This document shows positions 1 through 11,200 of a stretch of 64,000 nucleotides of DNA, in pieces. A program made the position numbers and the translations under genes. The notes beneath the pieces are model-generated. The model was not told the DNA's origin. It searched no databases and saw only the letters and a list, made by a program, of their open reading frames with translations. This stretch comes from Lama guanicoe. Taxonomy: Eukaryota. Numbering within the stretch: position 1 is the first letter of the stretch; the number at the start of each line of letters is the position of its first letter. The DNA lies in NCBI GenBank assembly GCA_013239625.1, contig MU054323.1, positions 3,958,161-4,022,160 of the forward strand, in the 5' to 3' direction.

Positions 1-520
1 TTGCAGTAGCCTGGCTGATCACAGAGTTTGGTCTGGGGTAGAGACATGGGTCAGTGAGGAAGAGGAACAGTGCAAGCACATGGCCTGGGTGTGCGTCAGA
101 GATGACCAGAGAAGGCGTCAAGGACTAAGGGCCATTTTTGCTGGGCCTTGAAGGATTTTCCTGAGAGAATGTAAAGAACCAGTCCTGGAGATGAGAAAGG
201 TTTGATAGTGCAGAAGGACACAGACTAGATTGGCCCCTCTGGAGTTCATCACTGTTGTGTTCCCATCTTGCTGATGAAGAAACTGAAGACTGAGAGGTGA
301 AGTGACTTCCCCAGGACCCCACGGCTACTCTCTCTCCTCCCTGCCCCTACTTCCCCCTGGGACCCTAGGGTCCCTGTGAATCCTTCTCATCTGGGCCTCT
401 CCTAGCATCCCACTGCAAAGCCTTGTTCATTTCTATGCCCTGAATGCTTAGGAGAGTTCCTAGCCAAGAGAAGGGGCTTATTGAATAGCTGGTGAAGATA
501 TAATTTCCTTTTGATAAGAA

Positions 521-642
521 GGAGGAGGGTATAGTTCAGTGGTAGAGCATGTGCTTGGCATGCACGAGGTCCTAGGTTCAATCCCCAGTACTGCCATTAA
601 AAAAATAAAATAAAATAAACCTAACTATCCTCCCCCAAAAAA
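521..642 (+). mobile_element. tRNA-derived SINE (camelid Vic-1-like)
   Basis: GGAGGGTATAGTTCAGTGGTAGAG A-box, GGTTCAATCCCC B-box, A-rich tail; same family as 28490 and 61094. Confidence 0.85.
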
Positions 643-918
643 TTCGATAAAAATTCTTTTAAAATGAAAAGTGAGGGGTTGTCCATCCCAAATTCCCAGG
701 TTAATGCCATAAAGACAGAAAGGGAATCACAAATTAAATTAAGTACTTAATATGTCCCAGGCACTTGAAGGTTTTTGTTTTCTCTTTTTACTTTTTTTAT
801 ATAATAAAAATAATATACTTAAGTAAATTAATAACATAATAAATGCTCTCAGACTTATCACCCAGCATGAGAGTGAAAGCATGACAACACTCACATCTTC
901 CTGTGTGCCCTCGCCCAT

Positions 919-1414
919 TGTGATGGTTAATTCTATGTGTCAACTTGACTGAGCTAAGGGATACCCAGTAGCTGGTAAACATTATTTCTGGGTGTGTCTG
1001 TGAGTGTTTCCAGAAGAGATTAGCATTTGAATCGGTCAACTGAGTTAAACAGGTGGCCCTCACCAGTGCAAGTGGGCACCATCCAATCTCCTGAGGCCTG
1101 AACAGAACAAAAGGCAGAGGAAGGGTGAATTGCTCTCTCCTTGAGCTGGGACATCCATCTTCCCCTGCCCTTGGACACTAGTATTCCTGTTTCTTGGGCC
1201 TTCCCACTCTGACCAGGGCTTACACCACTGGCCCCCAGATTCTCAGGCCTTCAGACTCAGACACCAAAGTCTTTCCTGGTTCTCCAGGTTGCAAATGGTA
1301 GATCGTGGGACTTCCTGGCCTCTATTTTCTAGATAATTGGTATAATAAATCTCTGGTTCTCTCTCTTTCTATATATATCCTATTGGTTCTGTTTCTTTGG
1401 AAAAGTCTAACACA
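919..1414 (+). mobile_element. Solo ERVL LTR (MLT2-like)
   Basis: Starts TGTGATGGTTAAT...TGTCAACTTGAC, ends GGTTCTGTTTCT...CTAACACA; flanked by cccat/accat. Confidence 0.8.
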
Positions 1415-3779
1415 ACCATCCTTTCCCTCCACCAGATGTAACCAAGTCAGGATCCTGAGTTTATCATTCCTTTTCTTTAAAACTATCATTCCAGAAAGTA
1501 AATTGTTTGATTTTAGTTGATTGTAACTCTATTAAAAGGGTACCATGCTGTGTTTAATCTGGGACTTACCTTCTTACGCCATTTATGTTTGTAAAATTTC
1601 TCTAAATAATTGTGTGTTAATTGTAATTATACTTCATTCCTTTTAACTTCTATCAGTATGATGTAATCAGTTTATCCACTCTGTGTGCAAGGTACTACAT
1701 CCATGATTTCATTTTATCCTTTTGGGGGTGGGGGCTGTGTGGGTATTTTAAAAAAATTGAAGTATAGTTGATTTATAATGTTGTGTTATAACCTAAAATG
1801 GAAAAGAAGAGGATTTTATTTTATCTTGATTACAACCCCGTAATGTGAGAGGGAACCCCTCTCTGTTCCTGTTCAGAGTGCTTCAATCTGTTCTTCTTTT
1901 GTGATTCCCATTTTAAAGACGAAACTAGAAAAATCAAGTAACCTTCCTGAGATTACATAAATCATGAATGGTGAAGCCTGAATTTGGCCCCAGAACTTAG
2001 GCCTTCTTTGAGAAGTGGGAAATAGTGGCCGCCCCAGGCTTCCTGACCTCAGCTCACCAGAATTACAGGCAGTACTCTGCCCTCTTTTCTACTGTCCTTT
2101 CTGTGAACTTCCAATGCATCATGTAATTCCAGGAGTGTTCTAATCACCCTGGCTCCAACCAACCTAGCCCAGTCCTGCTACAAGACTCCCAGAGCTGTGT
2201 TGGGCCTCATTGCTCTATAGGGAACTGCGTGCCAGCATAAGTGGGACCCGCTTGATGGAGGAGAAGAAAGGAGTGGAGAGTTCACCTGAGGAGCCAGGGA
2301 GAACTGGGGGGCTGGGTTGTTGACCATGCTGCCCTTTCCTCAGGCTACTCTCTAGCCTAGAATCTAAACTATGGATGCCTCTGCTCCGTGTGGCCAGGTA
2401 CTCATGCAGCATGGAATGGCCACCAGAGCTTAGAAACAAGGGTGGGGACACGAGTCTTCAGTTCACAGACCAGGCCACCTCCAAGGCCTGAGTTGTCCCT
2501 TTCACTTGAAACTGGGCCTTGGTGGTGCTAGTTGGGGGGTGAAATTTACTCAAGGGTCATAACTTAGTGCCTTGTGCCCTGGGTATCACTGACCCGAGCA
2601 CCGCTCAGACTCAAAGGAGGTGTAAGCCAGTTTCTATGGTGGGGAGAAGGCCAGGACCCTCTCCTCCTAGAAACATGTGTACCTACTCCACCAACTTTTA
2701 TGAGGCCCTGGAATGTTATTTGTTGGTGACCACCCAACCATCCCACCAACAAATGGAGTGCTTGAAGGGAGTTGCAGCTGACCTCTTAATGTGAAACAGC
2801 AAGACAAGGAGATGAGCTAAGAGGTAGGGTCTGTTTCTGCACATTTATCTCTGGTTATTAGACACTTTTAGAGGGAACATCTGTTTGTCTACTCTGGCTC
2901 CCATGTTACAGGCCCCATTTGAAGGCCAGCTTGGCCCCTTCTCTGACTGAATGGGGACTAAGTCATAAATTAGAGCCAGAAGAGGGACCTAGAATAAGAA
3001 ATCAGAGGGGGCTTTGCTCATCTCACCAATAAAGAGCAGATGGGTTCCTCAAATGACCAGCCTTCAAGTGAAGAGTGAAGAGAATGGAGGGAGCTCTTCC
3101 AGATGCACCTGGTGGTGCCCACTCTCGTGGACTCACTTACCTTGTAAGGTTTATTCTGTGGACAGCATCACTAGTCTAAGGCAGGACCTGGGAGTCAAAC
3201 CAAAGCACACAGCTTGCTCACGCTTCCAAAGATCCAAGGACCTGGGCTGGGCACCATTATTTCACTTCTTTGGTTTTAAAGTTTGGATATTTGTTTTACG
3301 GGAGCAATATCTGTGTTTATAGTAGTACTTTCACATCATCTCACAGGATGTCCTTAGGACGTGTACATGTTGGCTCACTCTCAGGTCAATAGGCCAATTA
3401 ATTGTAGAAGAGGAAAAACTGTGTTTTCTTGTTATGTTCCTAAAGATATGTATAAGGACATAAAGTCAATACAATTGGTTAAAATTCTCCTTTGTCCCTA
3501 TTCTTGTGGCTATTTTTTCTCTAGCCCACATCTCCAATTTAATAGCCTGCTAGATATTTCTGCTTGGACACAGCACTGTAATTTGAAATTCCCCGTGTGA
3601 TTGCATGGTCCTTTTCCAGCTGTGACTGTCTATGAGTCCATGCCTTATATTAATAATGTCCCCCCAACACACTGATGCCCGATAGGTCTTCAAGTTATGC
3701 AGGTTCAAAATTTCATAACTCTGAAGTCGGCTTTACTCATTCTTCTTCCTTGTTCTTTGGGTTACTCCAGCAACCTCTC

Positions 3780-4260
3780 CAATTTTCCACTCCAGTGAAT
3801 TACCAAGGCAGCTCCAGCTCTTCTAATAGCTTTGGCACCCATCCCTTCTGTTCTAAGCCATCAGCCCTCCAGCCCTGTCAATTATGCCTTCATGATGCTT
3901 CTTGTAACCAACTCCTCCTCACCACTCCCAACATCAATGACTTGGCTGGGGTGCTTAGCATCTTTTACTTGGACCTTGGCATATTCTCATATCCAGATTC
4001 ATCCCACTACAAATTCATCCTGCAGAAGCTGCCATATCAGTTTTCTTAAATCACAAATCAAAACACCCTCCTGCTCAAAAATCTTCATTGGATGCCCTCT
4101 CCAGCAAAGAGAGTATCACCCTTTCGTTCCAGCTTTCAGGACCTCTGCAATAATGGCAACTTGCTTTTCCAGTCCTGTCTCACCTCGACTTTTCTTGTGC
4201 TCTGGTCGCTTTGAACCTATCTTTCTTTGCTGACGCTCTTCTTCTGCAATGCCCTTTCTC
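3780..4260 (+). mobile_element. Degenerate L2 LINE fragment
   Basis: L2-like motifs (tcctgctcaaaaatcttcattggatgccc; ttctgcaatgcccttt); boundaries approximate. Confidence 0.5.
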
Positions 4261-4293
4261 CCTTATCCATTTAAACTTTCTCCATGAAAACTT

Positions 4294-4364
4294 TAAAAAT
4301 TTTTATTGAAGTACAGTCAGTTACAATGTGTCAGTTTCTGGTGTACAGCACAATGTCCCAGTCA
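4294..4364 (-). mobile_element. 5'-truncated L1 tail (71 bp)
   Basis: L1 3' end motif with perfect 15-bp TSD tctccatgaaaactt (4279-4293 / 4365-4379). Confidence 0.85.
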
Positions 4365-4699
4365 TCTCCATGAAAACTTCTTGATTCTCATCCTTTCCTG
4401 TTATAAACTCTCATAGTACTTTGTTTATACTCATCATGAGACAACACATTCCACTTCTGATAAACAGTTGGACAGACAGACATCCAGGAACTGCATCTTA
4501 CTGAACTTTGTCTCCTCTGTAGAGCCTTTGGGCTTAGCCCATAGAAGCACCTAATAAATATTCACTAAACTGGCTCAGTCTCCTTGCCTCCATTCTCTCT
4601 CCTTGCCGTTAACTCATTTAAATAATAATCTAATAATAATGGCACTTTGTTTCTATACAACATTAAAGGTTATAAAACTTTCATATGCATTATTTCAAC

Positions 4700-4835
4700 T
4701 GATTTTCATGAATAGCCTTTCAAGGCAGGCAGGAGAGAGATTATCCTCATTTTGTAGATAAGAAAACTGAAGCTCACAGGGGGAAAATAACTTGCCCAAA
4801 GCAACAAGATAGTAGGGAATGTAGCCATTAATGGA
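4700..4835 (-). mobile_element. MIR SINE fragment
   Basis: MIR core cattttgtagataagaaaactgaagctc...aacttgcccaa. Confidence 0.7.
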
Positions 4836-6414
4836 ACCCAGAGAAGCATCCTGATATGCAGGGAAGACCAAGGAGGAGGGCAAGCAAAGTCCAAGTCCTC
4901 CCGAGAATCCCTTCTAACTTTATTGAGCATGATGAAGATATTCTAGGCCAGCCAGGGGCACCTCACATAAGGGATGTCAGTCAGGGAACTGGGTGATTAT
5001 GTGACCATTTTCAATTTGTATCTACTTTTTTCCTCTTCTCATGCCCCAGACACAAGTTGATCATCACATGAGCACCAGGAATCTTGGACTTCTCCTTTCC
5101 CTCCAAATTAAGCCATAACCCCAGGCCTCCTTTCAGTGTGAACACTCAGTAGATTCTTGCTGCTCACAGCTCATCAGGGAGTCTCGTAGAGCTATGCCTG
5201 GGATTGCTCATGTGATGCTCTGGGACCTGGGCCTCACTGTCCCCTTTCTCTCACTCTCAGATGTGACCCTTCATTTACTCATTCATTCACTCAACTATCC
5301 ATCCATCCATCTGCTAAAAGACTCTTGAGTACCAGATCCATACACTACCATGTATTCCACCTCCTTATGACTCTTTCTGGCTCCTCAGTTCCAGACAGAA
5401 GAATCCTGCTAAGGTAGCAACAGGCTAATGTGTTTTCTTTCTGGGTAATGCTTGTACATTTGAGTGGACGTCATCAAGGAAATGTGAAGGCCTTATGAAA
5501 GAAAGGTGGTGGTTGAAGGTATTTTTGGATAAAAGGGGCCTTTTCCAAAACAGGCCTCATGTAGGACTTGGGTGGGTGGATCTCCAATTTCCTATTCCCC
5601 AAAGGTTACAACCCTCCTTTGTCCTCCAGTGCCACTGATATCAAAGTGGGAAAGCTAACTTCCCGATGGTATTAGTGACAGCTGGGCTGCACAGCTTCTT
5701 GGCAGCCTTCCCTTACCAGAGCGCATCTTGGATGTTCTGACTGGGTGTTGCCAGTGTTTAAAATCAGAATTTGAGGTGAGTGGGTATGGCAGGGGAAACC
5801 TTTGGGTTTTGATTACACTTAGGATGGTTGCACATTAAGTTTGGAGAAATAAAGATTCAAGAGCATAAATGCATGCTTGGTCCCAGAAACGTTAGGAACA
5901 TACGTCCCACGCCTCCTCTCCCACCCTTACCTCCTTTGCCTTGAATGGATTCTGGCTGAGCTGCAGGGAGCCTTCTGGGATCCCTTCTGCCATGAAGCCT
6001 GTGGGGCTAGGACTTCTCAGTCATTCCTTCTTCACTCTTGGCAGGTGAGTGAAATAAAAGTCTTATTGGTTTATCTCGCAGCCTAGCGGAGAACCCTGCC
6101 TGGCAAAGGCAGACTGGTTGGTGAGGAAGAACTGGTGGCATAAAATGAGATGCTCCGGTGGATCAAATTCTGTGAAAGCCTTGCAAACAGTTTTCCATTC
6201 TCACTTGGCAAATATAATCCCTGAGATCAGTTACTTTTTTTCAGGTGGCAAAATATTTCCCCTCCTCAAACTCTCCCTTTCCCCATTTACTCTATCAAAA
6301 GACTGTGTGTTCCTCTAGAGGTTTTGAAATGTCAGACTTTTGAATAAATACTCTCATTTTGCTATCTTTCAATATGAATGAGTCACACTGAGTGGTATGA
6401 TACACCATAAAGAA

Positions 6415-6424
6415 TTTATTTATT
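6415..6424 (-). terminator. APOB polyadenylation signal (overlapping AATAAATAAA)
   Basis: About 250 nt after the stop codon; plus strand tttatttatt. Confidence 0.85.
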
Positions 6425-6672
6425 TGTTCTCACTCTCCCGAAGTTTAGCAAAATAACTCAGACGTTGGTTTTTCTTTAACTTGCAAAAAAATGTCATTTC
6501 CCAGAGTCCAGAGCCCTCCAGAGCTCTGATGCCAGCAGGTTCAGTTCATATGTGCTTCTGATACAGGGCTGGCTTGCTGTATGGTTATATTAATACATAC
6601 AGTTTGAATTTTTCCCCTACCGTGTGAAAACTTAATAGGAGCAGAAGAATAAATGAGAATTGCTATAAAAAA

Positions 6673-8298
6673 TTAGAAGGTGATAGTAAATCCTCCTGGA
6701 GCAACCTTTATGTAGGGGCTTATGTTATCTTCTGTGGCCGATTGTAGCTTTTTTAGTAAATCCATGATACATCTCAGAAACACGTGGTATTTTTGAATGG
6801 ACAGGTCAATCAATCTTTTAGACTCAGCAATGAATTTTTCATAGTAATCAGAGAGGTAGTCTGAAAAATTCTGTAGTTTATATGTGAACTGCTGGTGGTA
6901 ATCAGAAATGATTTCCTTCATTGCAACAGCCCAGCTTTTAATTATTTCCTGAGCACTAGTAGAAAGCTCTGCAATCTTCTCTTTCCCTTTTCCATCTGCA
7001 TCGGCAAGGATGCTAAGATGTTCCTGGATATCTTCCTGCACAAATCGCTCAACTTGACGTGAGAGCTGAGCAGCACCGACAGTGCATATGGAATGCAAAT
7101 CCTTAAGGACACCTACTAGGTACTTGATCAGGCTGATAATCTTTTCTTCAAGTTCATAATATTTCACTGTCCAGCCAACCATACTTGGATCAAAATATTC
7201 TTTGCGAAGATCCTTTATGTACTGATGAAGCTGCTGTAACTCTTGAAAAGCTTCCTGAAGTGTGTTTTGAACAAGTTCATTAAAATCACCAAAGTTAAGG
7301 TCTGGGTATTCTTTCAGGAGTCTAAAAGCAAATGGAATATGTATGTTGAAGGTTGTGTTGGTCTTGTCTTGGGTATCATTAATGAGATAAGGAAATTTCT
7401 CCTTTAAGTGTTGAAGTTCTTCTTCTATCTCTTGGAAAATGCTTTGTAAAAATCTCTGAAGATCACTTAGCAGCTCTGTAATCTTGACAGACTGGAGGTC
7501 ACTAAATGCCTTTTGGACCTCTTCTGATAAAAGTTTCAGCAGCTTCCCATACTCCGAGATTAAATCTATCAGTTGATAAATCATTGAACCAAAAGGAAAT
7601 GTAATCTTTTGGTCCTTGATTAATTCAGATTTCTGCATCAGGTCTTGGAAATAGGAAAACAGTATTTCTAACCCACTCTGGATTTTTGAATGTACCTGGG
7701 ACAGTACCTTTCCTACTTCCATGATGACCATACTGCACAGTTCATCTCCAGTGTAGTCCTCAGCTCTTCCTGGGAGCTGGAATCTGATGAACTTCAGGAA
7801 ATCAATGAATGAGTCAGTCACACGCTTGACTGTCACATTAGATTCCTGAGCAACTCCTATTAAGCTGTCAAACACCCTATTCTGGAGTCTCTGGAAGTCA
7901 CCTTGGTCCTCCTGAGCCAACAGTTCCTGGTACAGACTCTGGGCCTTGTCCTTCCACTGCTGGTAGGTTTTAGTGGTGCCTCTGGCTAGCCTTTGGAGCC
8001 TCATGTCCACCTCATCTGTCTGCCTCACAGCCTCTTGATAGGCCTGATCAGTGCTGCTCTGCAAACTTCTTCTCAGTTTTAAAGAAGCATCTTTCAGATC
8101 AAGTCCTGTGTACTCCCGGTGGTACTTGTTGACATAGTCATAAAAGGCCCCTGTGGCCTTGGGCACACTGTCCTTGAGAGAGCTTAGCAATTCGGACACT
8201 GCTGCTTCTTCCCAGTTAACTTTGATCTGAAATTCCTCATCTGATTCCTCATCCCTCATCTCAATTTTGAATATGTTGAATCTTTTATCTGGAGAGGA
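6673..8298 (-). CDS. APOB: APOB exon 29 coding part (1,626 nt incl. TAA)
   Basis: ttAG|TCCTCTCCAGAT (SSPDK) through to APGGFTITF*. Confidence 0.97.
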   Translation of the reverse strand, partial: SSPDKRFNIFKIEMRDEESDEEFQIKVNWEEAAVSELLSSLKDSVPKATGAFYDYVNKYHREYTGLDLKDASLKLRRSLQSSTDQAYQEAVRQTDEVDMRLQRLARGTTKTYQQWKDKAQSLYQELLAQEDQGDFQRLQNRVFDSLIGVAQESNVTVKRVTDSFIDFLKFIRFQLPGRAEDYTGDELCSMVIMEVGKVLSQVHSKIQSGLEILFSYFQDLMQKSELIKDQKITFPFGSMIYQLIDLISEYGKLLKLLSEEVQKAFSDLQSVKITELLSDLQRFLQSIFQEIEEELQHLKEKFPYLINDTQDKTNTTFNIHIPFAFRLLKEYPDLNFGDFNELVQNTLQEAFQELQQLHQYIKDLRKEYFDPSMVGWTVKYYELEEKIISLIKYLVGVLKDLHSICTVGAAQLSRQVERFVQEDIQEHLSILADADGKGKEKIAELSTSAQEIIKSWAVAMKEIISDYHQQFTYKLQNFSDYLSDYYEKFIAESKRLIDLSIQKYHVFLRCIMDLLKKLQSATEDNISPYIKVAPGGFTITF

Positions 8299-11200
8299 CT
8301 AAAGCCAGCAAACAAGGATGAAAAGAACATATTTTCAATTATCTTGATTACATAATAGACTACACTAAAACTTCATTAGCAGTTAAAAGTAAAGACCAGA
8401 GGATCATTCATATCCTGATGGGGATTTATCTTTCATGTGTTTGTCTTATGGTTCAGCAAATCCACTCTTGTTAATTCCTCTTTAACATATGCCCCAGAAA
8501 GGATAACATTATGCAAAGCACTTACAGAGTTTAACATTAAGGCCTTTCTAGGACTGAAGATTAGAAGAGGAGGAAGAGAAGGGGGAAGAGAAGGGAAGAA
8601 AGACACAGGAAAAGACTAATTTAGAGAAAGGAGAAGTAGCAAAAAAAGAAAAAAGTCCAGAGCCCATGTAGCAGAGACTTAGAAGATCAGTATCACAAGC
8701 CATCCATCCTCCAAGCCTATGACAAACTTCAGGAATAGAACCTGATTATTTCTTCTCCTCTCCTAAAGCATCGTTAATGCGACCCTGGCAGAGCTTATGA
8801 AGTACATGAGAGAAATTTGGCATATCTCACCTAACTATTGTGGAGGAGAATTTTTAAGCTTCCAATACTCCAGAAACCATGATCTGAAAATTGTACTCAG
8901 CATATGGCAGAGTATGTCCATGATTTAGGTGATGAGGCATAATCCTCATCTTTCTAGGTTTGCCCAAATGTAATAAAATAATAGTGCTAATATGAGGTCA
9001 TGTGTGCATCTAATAAAATCAATAAAAGACTCCCAATACTTTCTGGACAATAGTTCCCCACAAAAGAAGTTCAGTTTGCTCACTGCTTGTGTTTTACCTA
9101 GTTCGGGAAAGCCCCAAGCTAACGCTTTGTACTGACTTAAATTTATCTGCCCATATTCTCTACTTGCTCTTGGGGCGTGTGGCCCCTTAGATGGGACTCA
9201 CCTGAGGTTGGTAGTAGAGGTTCAGTTTCCACAAGGTATCGTTATCTTCCAAGTCGATGCCCACGGTGCCTATGGCTGGGGAGGCTACCGAGGAGGAGAG
9301 GTGGTTCTCACCGTCTTCGTAGCGCAGATGGACATCAGTCAGTGTTGGGCTAGAGATGTTAAGAAGAACCTTTGCATCCCAGTACCTGAAAGCAGAAAAG
9401 CAGATGAGCCATCGTGAAAGGGCTATAGAGGTGGCAAACATCACAGTGACTGGACAAGAGATGAAAATGAAACTTCCATACCCGAGTTCTTGATATTGGC
9501 CATCTTCCTGATATTCTGCACTGATGTCACGGTGTGCAAATGTTCCTGTAGTATTAGAGACTAACATGCCATCTTCGATTTTGTGTGTTCCCACAACTGA
9601 ATGGGAGAGAGTTTGTATTTCATTAGATTAGTAATTGCAGGACAAAAACATTTTTATTGTGAAAATATGGGGAATTCTGTCTTAACTAAATGCCTTACTT
9701 ACATGTTTGAAACACGCAGTCCTCATTTTTAAAAAAATAGGAGACATTATTCGTCCTAAAATGATTACAGAAAAATCTATTTTCCTTGAACCTATTCCTT
9801 TGGAATGTCAGTAGGTTTTCTACAGGATGGTTTGTACATGTATAACCCTCTGTATCACCTTCCCTCTTCTTTCAAATTGGGCTAGAGAGATCAATTTTGC
9901 TTCTAGTCATAATCTAAATACATACTTATTTATTCACAAGTCTCACTGAAAAAATACAGCCTGTAGGAAGGGAGTCAGGAAATTTCCTTACCATTGAGGT
10001 CATATTCCAGGAACTGAATGGTTGAGCTGCATGTGGAATCCAGGAATGTTTCAACATGATCTTCTTTGTTTTTCAAACCAGCACTCCAACTGGCATTGTA
10101 CAAGGGAGAGGCCACCCTGAAGCGTGCAGTCAGTGTTCCAAAGGAAGGGATGGAAATTCCAGCAGGTACAGAGAACTTAATGGAAGGAACTTCAATAGTC
10201 TGCTCAGGCATGCTGACAGTCAGCTGCTTGAAGCCTGCAGTGTTGCTGGTCACCTCATTTAGGTGTAAAATAGCACTGCCAACAGAAATACTTTTTGGAA
10301 GGGTGACGTGGGACACAGTTAACTGAGTTGCAGGCACAGTTATCTCAAAAAAGGGAACTGAGGAGGCTTCTGGTTCAGAATATTGTGTTATCCCAACATC
10401 AACTTCGGGGAATTTCACTTTGAGTAGTGCTGGGATGTTGAGGGCAAATGGCGGTGTACTTAGCTTCTTGTAGATTTTTATTTCACCAAAGTCAAGTGTG
10501 TAGGATGGAACCTGAAGATCTGTAAAGGGGATGTGGAATGCAGGTGTGACAAGAACAGAATGTAGATTATCCAGTTTCAGCCCAGGAATAATGAATTTAT
10601 CATCCAGTTCTTGCATAGGGATAGCAAAAGAATAGCCATTGGGGTTTTTGGTGTACACAAGGGCAACTGAAGCTTGGAGGTACTGTTTCCTATAAATGCT
10701 AGTGGTTACATCCAGCTTTAGGAGGTCCCATAAGCTCTTGTCATAAACTGGCAGGATAACATCTTTGAGGAACCACAGGTATCCTTCCAAGGAGCCTGTG
10801 ATGTCAAGGAGTGCCTCTTCTTTGTCATTGGAAAGCTGTACATTGTTCTGGAGAGACCCAGAATGAACCTGGACCTGACTTTTCCAGCTGATTTTCTGGT
10901 TCTCAGTGTTGGCATGCAGGGACACTTCCTGGCCAAGGTAATTGACATCAAGGAGGGAATTGGGCTGACGTGCATGGACCTGAACAAGGGCTTCTATTTT
11001 CCACAGGGAGAGCTCCAGGGTGGCTTTGCTTGTTTGCTCTCCGGATGTTAAAATGAGGTCCTTTAGCTGTAAGTGGTTTTTCATATTGTGTTCCCAGATG
11101 GCATATATGCGTTGAAAAGTGGCTTCTCCAGCATAACTTTCTTTTACTTCAATGCTCCAGATACCATCAACTTTGGAAGCTCCTTGCAGCTTCACAGAAG

